A stretch of 64,000 nucleotides of DNA from Mytilus edulis (taxonomy: Eukaryota). The stretch is from the NCBI RefSeq assembly GCF_963676685.1, contig NC_092345.1:22258001-22322000 (forward strand), read 5' to 3'. Both the position numbers and the translations under genes were made by a program. The notes below the pieces were generated by a model. That model was not told where the DNA came from, did not search any database, and saw only the letters and a list, made by a program, of their open reading frames with translations. Below, piece after piece: positions 1 to 12,434 of this stretch; the stretch's first letter is position 1; each line of letters opens with the position of its first letter.

Positions 1-1
1 A

Positions 2-1150
2 TTGTGTTCGTATTTTATGAAGACGGCTTTATTCTGGGTCTCAGAGGAAGTGGACATTGACACATTTCAAATACCTAAATTATATACTTGTTTTTTTCTC
101 TGCTTGAATAAATTGATATCATGGGTAAAAAACTGTTACTGTCCAAATTATTTTATACCTGAACACAACATGTTCCTTGAAAAGATCACGCCGGAAAACA
201 ATAAAATGGTACTACGTGTACTTAACACCATACAGTCTGGCGGAATTGAAAGATTGACGAGGAATTTATTTCTGCCGCATGATGGAAATCCTCTTTTTGT
301 AAGTACAAAGAGTGAATCTTCGTTCATTACGCTAGACTTATTATTTTTCAGGATAAGTGGATATTGGGTTGCGACTCATATTTCACAGTGTTATAAAGCA
401 ATGGCACTAATTGAATCTTTAATTAAGTCAGAATCGTCTCCGTTCATTATTGGTGTATGTAAACATGAATACGCTATATTTAGTACATTAGCAGTACAAC
501 TTCTATTACCACCAACCATATTAAATAAAATGTACAAACGTTATCATAAACATTTACAAGACTGTATCAAGACAGATGCTGTTTCGGGTTGGTTGTTATA
601 TGCGTCTTTTTATTATGTGACAGGACAATACAACGTAACACTCAAACTGATAGATTATGTTCTATCAAGATGTTCACCTGATTTAGTGTATAAGGACTGT
701 ATCTATTGGGAGCAATGTATAAACCGTTACAGGCATAATGTCCATTACAAAAGGACATCAAATGAGAGGATGAAAATAGCCACTATAGATCTAATTTATT
801 ACTTGCAGCACTCTTCATTAATACCAAAAGAACTACAACTTGAGGTGGAATACGGAGACTTTTCTATACCGCCAATTACAATGTCTCATTGCCTTAGATT
901 TCTATGCTACCACCATCAGGGCAATACTTTAAACAGACAACACGCTTTACGTGATTTATACTCAGCAGTGAAAGACGATTTTGTCAAAGGACTTAAAAAG
1001 ATATCTGATTCATTAACAGTACTTGGAGTATGTATGGAGTTGTCAGGAGATAAAAACAAAGCGTATAATTGTTATCAAAATGCATTACAGTGTGAGTTTA
1101 TTATATGTTCTTCAGCAAAAGTTAGGATATCAAAGCTTTTCGGCTTATAA
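2..1150 (+). CDS. Mab-21/cGAS-like receptor (cGLR) family protein, C-terminal part (Mab-21 C-lobe plus TPR-like helical tail); 5'-truncated by the window edge
   Basis: Open frame from the window start. The motif SYFMKTALFW...CLNKLISWVKNCYCPNYFIPEHNMF is typical of the Mab-21 C-terminal helical lobe. TPR-like segments LYASFYYVTGQYNVTLKLI and LGVCMELSGDKNKAYNCYQNAL. The nucleotidyltransferase catalytic residues would lie upstream of the window. Confidence 0.85.
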   Translation: MCSYFMKTALFWVSEEVDIDTFQIPKLYTCFFLCLNKLISWVKNCYCPNYFIPEHNMFLEKITPENNKMVLRVLNTIQSGGIERLTRNLFLPHDGNPLFVSTKSESSFITLDLLFFRISGYWVATHISQCYKAMALIESLIKSESSPFIIGVCKHEYAIFSTLAVQLLLPPTILNKMYKRYHKHLQDCIKTDAVSGWLLYASFYYVTGQYNVTLKLIDYVLSRCSPDLVYKDCIYWEQCINRYRHNVHYKRTSNERMKIATIDLIYYLQHSSLIPKELQLEVEYGDFSIPPITMSHCLRFLCYHHQGNTLNRQHALRDLYSAVKDDFVKGLKKISDSLTVLGVCMELSGDKNKAYNCYQNALQCEFIICSSAKVRISKLFGL

Positions 1151-2489
1151 CGTGAGTTTTGACGTAGTATCGACAAAGTCACTATGACACAGTTGTTCAG
1201 TAAATGGCGACCGTTCGGTGTGAACATACACGAGCTTAATGTATCAACTGATATACGCTATCGTCATACTCTGGGGCAGATGGTATGGTAAAGCGGTTAA
1301 ACAGGAAATTGACAATTAGAAAATTAAATAACTCATACTTCAATTACAATTAATGATCATAGTTCATTTAGAAAACAGAAGGAATATACCAAGGGACAAC
1401 TAGAACTCGTAAGAGAAAATGACAATGTCATATCAAAATCAAATCGCGACGAAATGAAAACACATCAACACATAACTGCATTACACATTTAACACACAAA
1501 TATGGATACCACAACCTATCAATAAGTTGACACTGCATTTAAATGCTACATGAACTACGTGACTTATACATGGAATAATATCCAACCACTGACTCAGGCT
1601 TCTAATCAAGTGAGCTTCAAAATACTAGAAGTATACGGTAAATCATTACTGCTGCCACATGTGTCATTGGCTTGACAAATCTAAGTAATGTTCAAAGGAA
1701 TTACACTAATTTCATTAGCTGACAAGAAGTAGTGCGTCAAGAGACAAAAACCCGACCGAAGAGCAGACAACATTGTTCATTGTAAAGACATTTTGTATTT
1801 ATAGAATGTTTTGCATGTTGTGATAATGGTAGACTTTTGACAAATCTAATCATAAATTTAAAACTTTTACAGTCAACTGACTTTACCTATGACCCTCGTA
1901 TTCATTTATACATATGATGTCTTGATACTAAATCTAAACAAATATATCAATGTTGATTTGAATTACATTTTATATGCATATATTACATTAAGAAAGAGAA
2001 GGAAAATCATATCAATCGAGGCGACAGATACTGTAGTTTACCGATGTTCAAATCTCGTTAATGGATTAACAAATGACTCATAAAGGGATTGATTGAACTG
2101 TAAATAAAAGCGAGACTGTTTCGTCCGACATAATAAGCGTCTCCTGCTACATATGGATCACCCTTCATACAAATTCACACTTAGTCATATTATCACAATC
2201 AATAATTTTGCAGATCCTACGACTTTCATCCAGGTATAAAACCATTTTTAACCAATCATATTTCTCAGAACATGCTTGTACCAAGTCAGAAATCTAACAG
2301 TTGTTTTCCTTCTGTTGTACTGCTTGAAATGATAAACATTTGATTTTGCCTAGTATTATAGACTTCCCTATGTCCAATTTTTAATTTATATACTATACCT
2401 CGGGGTTGGTTATTTCTGTACATACAAGACACTAAACTGGTATCGTAAAATCTTACACTGCGAAACAATTTGTGAATAAAGACATCGAC

Positions 2490-2985
2490 CAGAGGGACAT
2501 TCAAACTCATAGATAGAACATAACTGCCAAAGTCATGGCATAAAAAGAAAGACAAACAGACAATTAATAGTACGCAAGACAAAACATAGAAAGCTAAAAA
2601 AATAAGCAACGCGAACCCATCAAAATCTGGGGATGATTTCAGGTGCTCCGGAAAGTTAAACAGATCCTGCATCTGTCGTGTTGGTCATTTTATTACAAAC
2701 CCGGTAAATAGTTTAATTCGGTCGGTCTCATTCGTGAAAAGGGGACGGGATTGTAGTTACGACATACGGAACAAAGCTGATATCATCTGTGAAAAGGATA
2801 CGCCGCGTATTCCACAACGGTAAACCAACTCGTGATGGAGTCCGTAAAATATACGAAGGGATGATTTCAACTTCACCATTTGGAACTCTTGGTTTAATAC
2901 TTGTAGCTTAGTTGTGAGAAGCAACCCTTTATTATGGAAATCCTGATCTAAAAAACAAGCCCGGGAATAACGGTCAACCAATACG
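2490..2985 (-). mobile_element. Penelope-like retroelement 3' fragment plus high-copy 3' tail
   Basis: Degenerate peptide YSRAC..DF..KGLLLTTKL..LNQEFQMVKLKSSLRIFYG.HHELV resembles the post-RT region of PLE-type elements. The adjoining tail (ggtgctccgga...agatcctgc) recurs at ~8000-8200, 22219-22375, 27770-27970, 28200-28460, 30871-31204 and 34109-34310. Confidence 0.6.
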
Positions 2986-3829
2986 TAATGGTGTCTAGAC
3001 CGTCATGTTGTGTCGATCTCAGTCGTCATTCCTCCAAGGGTTTTTGGAATTGTTTTGGACCTCATGCACATGCACATGCACTACCGTATCGTATTGAAAT
3101 AGTGTAATCATATTAATTTATAGTGGATTGGGAATCAAGTTCTTGCAACTTATGTTAATCCTTTATCACTTCACGGTGCGACTGCTGCCATTATCCTGCT
3201 CTTTTTCGAAATCTACAAGGGTGTCTTTTACGTGCAAGATAAACACAGCCATTTATCGTCCCCTCACAACGGACTATCGTCGATTTTTTTAAGACCATAC
3301 TCGCTAATGGTATCGTTTGGATTAAGATGTGTAAACGCTATATGAAGAATCAATTATGGCGACCATTGATGACTGATAACTACGTACTGATAGTTCCGTA
3401 CATTGGGGGCACCTGGCAGGAATTACAGGAAGATCCTCTTTTAAGAAATAAGAATAAATTCAAGCCCCCTTCGAAAGACACACATAGATATTATCCCCCA
3501 CTCCCTCCTCCATCGTCCTCACCAACATTTATTTTTAAACACCTTTATGTGTTAACAGAACATATGACTGATATTTTCTTCATATTCCCCAATGTTTCTC
3601 TTTTTGACTCTGTTGTTCTATATTCCGCATCAAAAAATACTTTTCGTTTTCTCACTGAACGGAGCGTGATATAAATAAGTGATACAACAAATGGGTTAAT
3701 ATGGATAACCCATTTGTTTTATCATGCAAAAATACTCATTTATTATCATATTAAAATTAAATGACCATCCAGTTGATACATTTATGTGAAAAAGAATGTA
3801 CCATACATAACCTATCACATTCTGCCTGC

Positions 3830-4735
3830 AGGTCACCTGAATATTTAACTATAGTTTTGCGCTTTAAAGTAGGCTGCAGGTCCAATAACCATATATATAT
3901 ATATGTATCTTAGGGCATGAAGGTTGAATCCTATAATGGTATATAGATAAAAACCATAGTGACTTATATGCACCTATGACAGATCAAAAGAAAATAATAC
4001 GGTGAGCTACAGACACCAATGAAAAGATATGTAAAATAACAGGGTGACCTACAGGCAAAAATGAAAGGATATGTAAAATAACAGGGTGACCTAGAGTCCC
4101 CTATAATATGATATGGATAAACACCATTATGATCTACAGGCACCTAAGTATGATATGTAATGTAACAGGATGACATATAGGCGCCGTTGACATGATTTGT
4201 CACATGGTAAACAACAGGGTGTGGTAAAGGCATTGTTGAAATTATTGGTAAATGTCAAAAGCATAGTGACATACAGAAACCTAGAAATTGATATGGTACA
4301 AATCAATTACAGGGTGACCTGAAGACACTTTTGACAATTAAATACCGGTAGATTATGGTAAAGATGAACATAAATATAATCTGCAGCAACTTTGATAGGC
4401 TACAGTAGAAATATATATGGTGGAGATACGGTAGAGAATAATAATAGATTACTAAGCACTTTCGATAGGATATGGTACAGATCAACAACAAGGTGACCTA
4501 TATGCACTTTTGAAAGGGTATGATACAGATCAATAGCAGGATGAACTACCGGCACCTCAGATAATTATGGTCCATATCAATAGCAGGGTGACCTACAGAC
4601 ACCGCAGATAATTATGGTACAAATCGATAGCAGGGTGACCTACAGGAACCGCAGATAATTATGGTGCAGATCAATACGATTATGGTGCAGATCAATAGCA
4701 GGGTCAACTACATGCTCTTCAGAAAATTATGGAAC
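3830..4735. repeat. Degenerate ~47-bp tandem repeat array
   Basis: The core cagggtgacctacag...attatggtac recurs at ~47-bp spacing, best preserved at 4540-4730. Confidence 0.75.
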
Positions 4736-7700
4736 AGAATGATAACCAGTAAACTGTCATTTGGCGAGAAGAAAGACATCTACATTTTAGTGCATTTTAT
4801 GCAATGAACAAAGTAATTCTTATGACTAGTATTCAGTGTCAACTGCATTTTGCCTGGTACAATGTTACAAAATTATACCAGTTCCACATTGATGAAGATG
4901 CAGGTACTGTGATGCTGTTATCTGGTTGTTGTTTCTGGAAATTGCCCTAGCAGTAAATGTTAACCCGGCATGTTTACAAGTATACAGCACAGAACAGACA
5001 AGTTGTTCGGATCGGGCTATGTTTACAAGAGCCTTGATACAATGCAGTTTTACAAATTCAAATGTAGTTCAAAACAGAACGACAATTAGATTGAAAAAAA
5101 ACGAAATCTAATTAAAATTAAAAATATAAATGATACCCCAACGTACAAGTCATGCCACAATCAGTTCAATAAAAAAAAACCGGTGTACCTTCTCGGTCCC
5201 TATTAGTAGTTGAATATTCAACAAAATAATAAATGACTTGCATGTACGTGTCGCTTAGACTCCTACCATTTACCAAAAAGTAAAATTAGCAACAGCGAAG
5301 AAAATTCGAAACCGATATCCCAAAGCAAATGGCAAAAATCAAAAGCTCGAACGAACAACAACAATCATATTTGGGCTTGATACAGGCATTTCTCATGTAG
5401 AAAACGGCGGACTACACCTGGTTCTATAGTAAGCTAAACCTCTCACTTGTATGGCAGTTGAATAAAATTCCATCATATTGACAATGATGTGTGAAAAAAC
5501 AAACACACGAAAATTTTTTATTCTGTTTAAGCTATGGCGTTGTCAATTTATTTTACGATCTATGAGTATTAGTGTCCCTTTTGGTGTCTTTCGTCCCTCT
5601 TTCAGAAATAACATTTAATCAAATTTAAAAGTCCTATTACACGACGACACTCTTTGACACCAGGAATTACCAAAAAAAAGGGGAAAACACTGCAACACTC
5701 AAAGAAGGAAATGGAAACTAGATTCCACTAAAACAACATTTGAACTAAGACGAAAGTCACTGTTGATTCAGTTAACTTCCTAAATATGCCCCATCGTGTA
5801 GATTTTTTTTTAATTCCAAATTCGGATGCTGTAAAGTAAATACATGTCTATTTTCACGAAATGAATACGAACACATTTGATTTTGTTGATTTTTAAAAGT
5901 CCAAGAAGTAGAGAAAAAATGAAATCTTTATTATCTAGCAGATTAAACGACAGAATAAACTGCCAAAAACAGAGCAAAAAAGGATGCATGCAGAAATGGA
6001 TTTTTTAGGAGATCACATACATGGGTTATGTATAGACTTTAAGCTAATACCACTCCAAACGATGCCTAGTTCGGGCCCCATTTCTGAAAACCCTGGATTT
6101 GCATGTTGCATGATCAAATAAAACAAATGTGTGATGTCGTGACATTTATGGCAATCATAAGTCGTGTCAATTACTGACAGCTAGATTAAAGCCAATAACA
6201 ACAACGAAAAACGTGTATCTAAGACTAAAATATCAATCAGTACACATCCAACATCACATTGATTTATTGTAATGATGTCATTAACCGTTAACAGTAGTGC
6301 CAAAATAAAGGTATCGACAGACTGTAGTACCGTTTAGGTGCATATGTGTTTAACAACACTATTAAGTATGATTTTAATTTACTGATTACTGTAACAGATA
6401 AAACAAATACCAATAAAAACAGCATGCAAAGATCTAGTTAGAGTGTTGAATTGGCGAGTTTTAGAATACATTTACATAGATCGAATACAAACTTTAAAAT
6501 TCGGTAAACATCATCGAAAAATCTTAAGGTGCGCTATTCTGTCGAAAATAGTTTTTTACAGCTAGGTATACACTCAGATAAATTTGCACACTAAATATTT
6601 GTATCTATGGAAGTATAAGATAAAGATTTTAAGTAATATAAGCAAATCAAAGATGTTACATTTACCTACATACTCAAGTGAATGTGCTGTAAGTCGCGTA
6701 ATTTTTTGTATTCGAATGGTTTTCTTCAAATGATGTTCTTTTTGCTATGCCTGAAGTTTACACTACTCAATCCTTAGAGTATTTTGTATATTTTATGTGT
6801 CTCATTCGTTTTCAATCGTAAAGCTCACATAATTAATCCTAATTTTATGTTTAGCAATTTACAACTGAATGTTGAATATTGCTCCTGCTTCTCACATTGT
6901 GCCTATAAAGCTAAAACATCAATTTTCCACTGAGTTCAGTATATTTGTGATTTTCATTTAGGTGGAGTGTCAATTATTATAGTTAAGTAGAAAACCAATT
7001 AAAGGTGCATAAACATTGTGATACCAGTTTAGAAATATGTGTTCAATATATTAAGCTAATTAGTAATTGAAAACCAATTTGTTGGTCTGTTTGATTTGTC
7101 AATTTCATTTTATTGAAATCAAGACTATGTACAATTTTTACAATAACATGGTGAGAGGAGCGCCTCAAAGATTTGACCCGACTAAGTTGATTTTTCACAT
7201 TATGTTGCTCTCCTCCAAAACAATATACATATTAAAATCGAAGATAATGATATCTTCATTACAATTTTATATATTAACATTTTTTTAAATCAATTAAATC
7301 ATAATGTTTTACAGAATTACACTTACAAACAATAATATATAAATGAACACAGGTAATAATTGATTGAAAACCTGAAAACATATTTTAAAACTTACCTATA
7401 AAACTGGTTTCCCAATAATATATACGTTTCCTACTTTTGGTTGGTTTCCTGCCTACCGATTGACTCCGCCCAAAAAGAAGGTAGCACCTTAGCTAATAAT
7501 GAATTTATGGTTCAGCCGATATGACAAGCAAGGTAGCAAAAAAATTAAATATACAATACAATATTAGGTCAATGTCAGAAAAATACAAACCTTTTTTGTA
7601 TGAGGCAAAGAAAAAGTGAAGGGCAAGGTTCATCCGAGCCCTTTCCCAGTTTTGTGCCGAAATCCAAAAAAGTTTATATTTCTATGACATTGACCTAATA

Positions 7701-8889
7701 TGTTTATAACATTGATAGCTTTTTAAATCGTTTAATGTCAAACTTATTTTTATCCATCAATAATGAACCCCTGATTGTGGAGAAAGTGTTCAATCATGAA
7801 ATTGACATTGCACAAAATATAGCTGTGTTACTATATTCAGGAAATAAACACAACTAGTTGCAGTATAATTACTTTATCTGCATAATCTAGTCAATATGCT
7901 GTAAATGTCTTGAAATTTGTCATTTAAACATGTGTAGCATTATCAAATAATGTGATGTATACCCAACAACAATTTAAAAAGCGAGGCGAATGACATCAAA
8001 TGAAATTCAATCTCAAAAGTCGCATATAAACTGACAACACCATGGGACAAAAGAAAAAGACCAAAAGACAAAATTAAGTACCCTTAACACAACATAGTAA
8101 ACACAACATAGAAAAGACTGAGCAACATGAACCCAACCGAAATAGGGGATGATCTCATGTGTTCCGAAAGGGTAGCAGATCATGTTATAAATGACACCAG
8201 CGTTATATTGCTTATGTAAGTACAGTCAAACCCAGTACAGGAAACTCAAGTGATGGCATCTATCTGTAAGATTTGAATGAAGCAGCATATATTGCAACAC
8301 TGTAAAATTCTGTACAGTTATATTCCGCTTGCAAATTTCATGTGTATGCTACAAACTTTTACAAATAAAGGCACACACGAAAATGACAATTCTGTTTAAT
8401 CATATCAATAAATTAGTTAGCTAAAGTTATTTACTGTTATTAAAGCACACCATACATTTATTTATAAATAGAAATAATACATATTCCCACGTAGAACATG
8501 TAAGTAAACAAAGCAAGTCCAACCGTTTTAATTTAGCTATTTAAAAAATAAGTCATTGAAATACAAGGGATTTACTAATTATAAAACTCTCAAACGCTTT
8601 AAATTCATCATCATATGTAATAAGCATGCCTATACATACATAATGACTTAATATAACCATCTTTAGTATGCTTAGGTTCATCAGAACAAATATGGCTGTA
8701 TTTACATGCCAAAAATTACTCTGAGTACAGACTTACACGTGAAGTTGGAAAAGTTTTAATGCCTGGCATCCACTAGATATAAAAAAGTTAAATGCATTTT
8801 GTGTTTCAGAAAGATAAAATCTCTTCTGGATTTTGATGGGCATTTTTTTTTCCTTCATGCAAAATGTGTGAAAATCAACTAAGTTGTGA

Positions 8890-10015
8890 TATGTATAAAA
8901 GGGATGATTTTTCATTTCCTATCGTTAATTATCCGTTTTTAGATGGTGACGTTCCCTTGTCACCATCTTACGGTGTTTATATATCTCAACTTGTACGATT
9001 CGCTCGTGTATGTAACAATGTTTTAGATTTTAACGAGAGAAATTTATGTATTACTGAAAAATTATTACACCAGGGTTTTCGATATCACAAACTAGTCAAA
9101 ACATTTACTAAATTTTATCATCGGTATAAAGACATTATTCGTAAATATAGCTCAACATGCAGACTTTTTTAATACGTTCAGGTATTTCACATCCAATTTT
9201 TTATGGTAATATTCTTTATAAAGCACAAAGGTGTCAGTATTCACCTCAGAAACTTACAAAACCTTTGAATAGACTTATTAAGAAGGGATATAATTACGAT
9301 ACTGTTGTCAAGTCATTAAAGATTGCATATTTTGGCGTTAATATTGAGTCATTGATAAGGTCTTTGCATCGGAACTAAACACATTTATTCTAAAAACAGT
9401 TGTTGGCATGACACGGGTTATGTTCTTCTCATATATGTTATGATGGTATGATACTAAACCCCTAACGGGAAGGATTGTGCCTGATGTTCATATGATGAAA
9501 TCATAATCTTTCAGTCAGTTTAGTTGAAGTCTGGAGCTGGCATGTCAGTTAACTGCTAGTAGTCTGTTGTTATTTATGTATTATTGTCATTTTGTTTATT
9601 TTCTTTGGTTACATCTTCTGACATCAGACTCGGATTTCTCTTGAACTGAATTTTAATGTGCGTATTGTTATGCGTTTACTTTACTACATTGGTTAGAGGT
9701 ATAGGGGGAGGGTTGAGATCTCACAAACATGTTTAACCCCGCCGCATTTTTGCGCCTGTCCCAAGTCAGGAGCCTCTGGCCTTTGTTAGTCTTGTATTAT
9801 TTTAATTTTAGTATCTTGTGTACAATTTGGAAATTAGTATGGCGTTCATTATCACTGGACTAGTATATATTTGTTTAGGGGCCAGCTGAATAACGCCTCC
9901 GGGTGCGGGAATTTCTCGCTACATTGAAGACCTGTTGGTGACCCTCTGCTGTTGTTTTTTATTTGGGCGGGTTGTTGTCTCTTTGACACATTCCCCATTT
10001 CCATTCTCAATTTTA
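8890..10015 (+). mobile_element. Penelope-like retroelement 3' end (RT C-terminal region, frameshifted) plus 3' UTR
   Basis: YKRDDFSFPIVNYPFLDGDVPLSPSYGVYISQLVRFARVC...; frameshift near 9165 and stop at 9378. The following tail is partly repeated at 37625-37745. Confidence 0.75.
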
Positions 10016-10133
10016 TAACTATGAGATGTTCCCTCAGGTAAAAAAAAAACGGTTTGTATTGTTTTGATTGTCATTAATTGACATGGACAAGAGGTATCTA
10101 CACAACTATAGGTGTAAAGAGTTTATCTGAGTC

Positions 10134-10295
10134 CAGAGGCGGATTAAAGGGGGGGGCAGGGGGCCCGCCCCCCCCCCTTTTTGGGAAAAAAAATTGGTTG
10201 CTTATATAGGGAATCACTGAAGCGTGACTGGAGCGGGCCCCATCTTCAGTCAGTCAGTTGGCCCCCACTTAAGAAAATTTCTGGATCCGCCACTG
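10134..10295. mobile_element. MITE with CAG(A/T)GGCGGAT TIRs and 5-bp TSD gagtc
   Basis: The TSD gagtc flanks both ends. A near-identical copy lies in opposite orientation at 53656-53811. Confidence 0.85.
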
Positions 10296-11039
10296 GAGTC
10301 AGTGAGTGAACAGTATCAGAATAATACAGGTGTTTGTTTATTTTTACACCTTCTGCAGAAAAGGATAAAAATGCCCATCAAAAACAAAGAAAGATTATAT
10401 CTTTCTTAAACACAAAATGCATTTAACTTTTATATATCTAGTATCCATTAAAAATTTCAAAACAGCACAGGTAAGCCTGTACACAGAGTAGTTTTTGAGG
10501 TGAAAATACGGCCATATTTGTCCATTTGTTATGATGAACCTTAAAATATGATCTTATCGGTATCGGATTCGTTGAATAGGTCACATATATCACAGTGACA
10601 TATATAAGGCAGCAACCATTTGATTGCTATGGATTCGTTTTTTTTGGAGAAAAAAATGTGTTTTTGACCCTGAGAAGAAAAAAGATTGTTTGTTTCACCC
10701 TCATCTGCCACTATAATTTTTTTTATGTAAGGCTAAAATTGAAATAAAAAAATGGCGAAGGCGCAAAAAAAGTGAGTCTAGACAAAAAATCTATAGCCCC
10801 ACCCACGAAAATCAAGTGGTTGTTGCCTTTATATATATATTCTTGCATTGTTCAGACATGTCTAGTATTCGGCTGCGGCGGCTATAATGCCTTCAAGTGT
10901 TTCTTAAAAGCTCGGTTAAAAGCTTTATATTTCAGAAGGAAGTAGAACTGAACACCATATCTTGGTAACAGATGCTGCGATGTTTCCAATTGTACAAGGA
11001 TTTTATACCTACTATACTTACTATAAAAATCGTTGATCT

Positions 11040-11790
11040 GTCATAATGAGTTCCCTACCGACGAAGTCGAAGGGGACTTTAGGTTTGCTCTCCGTCTGTC
11101 AGTCTGTCTGTCCATCTGTCAGTCCGAGAAATCAGTTTTCCAGACTTTTTTCTTCATGCTTGAAGATGTTGATTTAATGTTTGGTGTATTGTTTTATCAT
11201 GACAAGTTACAGGTCAAGATCAATTTTCACGATTTTAACTTTTCTCTTTGTTCAGTTAAATCCCTTTCCCTGATTTTTTTTTTTTCATATTAGAAATAAT
11301 TCATGGCAGGCTTAGATTTGTTTGAAATTTACAAATGGCATTGGCCATGGTATCCAAATTCATCCTGAGTGTTAGCGATGGATAAAATTAACGAATTCCA
11401 TTGCCCAGGCCATGTGTAAATATAAAAAAAAAGATGTGGTATGATTGACAATTATTAAATATTAAGTAAAAATATTAAAATCATCAGTTTTCCACACTTT
11501 TTGTCATTCTTGAAGATATGGATTTGATGATTAGTATATAGTTGTATCATGACACGTTAAAGATCAAGTTCGAATTGTTTTCCGGTCTGGTGATTGTGTG
11601 CAGAGTTATGGTCTTTGCACATAAAAAAATCAACAGTTTTTTTTTACGTCATGACTCAAAATTCATATTGACTTAATATTTTATACATCATGACAAGATA
11701 TAGATCAAGTTAGAATGTGGTCCCATTATAATGAATTTTTAACCGGTAGTGAACTATGTATTGCCGTGCAATACTCTCAGAATGCTTGTT
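11040..11790 (+). mobile_element. Helentron/HINE-like non-autonomous element with internal repeats
   Basis: Short 5' hairpin, (tctg)n-like microsatellite, internal repeats (catgac..gttacag.tcaag), 3' end cttgtt. Confidence 0.5.
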
Positions 11791-12434
11791 ATATTCAGTG
11801 TTCTCGGCCTCGTTTCCGTGGTTCAGTAACCGCGTGCTTGAAAAAAATATACTGATTAGTCTCGGTTTTCTTCACATGAGTTTCTAATCTTACTTATTCT
11901 ATAAAATTTATCATATATAAAGTAATCCTCACGTGTCCGTTATAACGATTGTCGAAATTGTAACAGAAGCATCAGATTTCATATAAAGAATATTCATACA
12001 TTGTAGTTGCAAATTTAGCCGTGTTAAATCAATTAATATTTTAACACATTTTTACGTTGTGTTTCCGTTGTGTCGTTTATTTTCTCCTTTTTTTTGAGTG
12101 TGAATTCACATTACTATAAGACGTGTCACGGTACTTTTCTATCCCAAATTCATGTATTTGGTTTTGATGTTATATTGGTTAAAATTTATTCTCATCGGAT
12201 GTTGTCTAATGCTTAGTCCGTTGCTGTGTGTGTTACATTTTAATGTTGTGTCGTTGTTCTCCTCTAGTATTTAATGCTTTTCCCTCAGTTTTAGTTTGTT
12301 ACCCCGATTTAGTTTTTTGTCCATAGATTTATGACTTTTGAACAGCGGTTTACTACTGTTGCCTTTATTTAGTATACTTAATATCTAAAATTGATAATTA
12401 TTATTATTATTGATATTATTAAGCATATACTGGA

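Larger units (their letters stand above)
8675..10540. mobile_element. Long-TIR non-autonomous DNA transposon (Kolobok-like, TTAA flank) with nested insertions
   Basis: 8675-8875 is an imperfect inverted copy of 10340-10540 (ggttcatca...atgatgaacc|ttaa). A solo arm lies at ~49184-49258. Confidence 0.7.
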
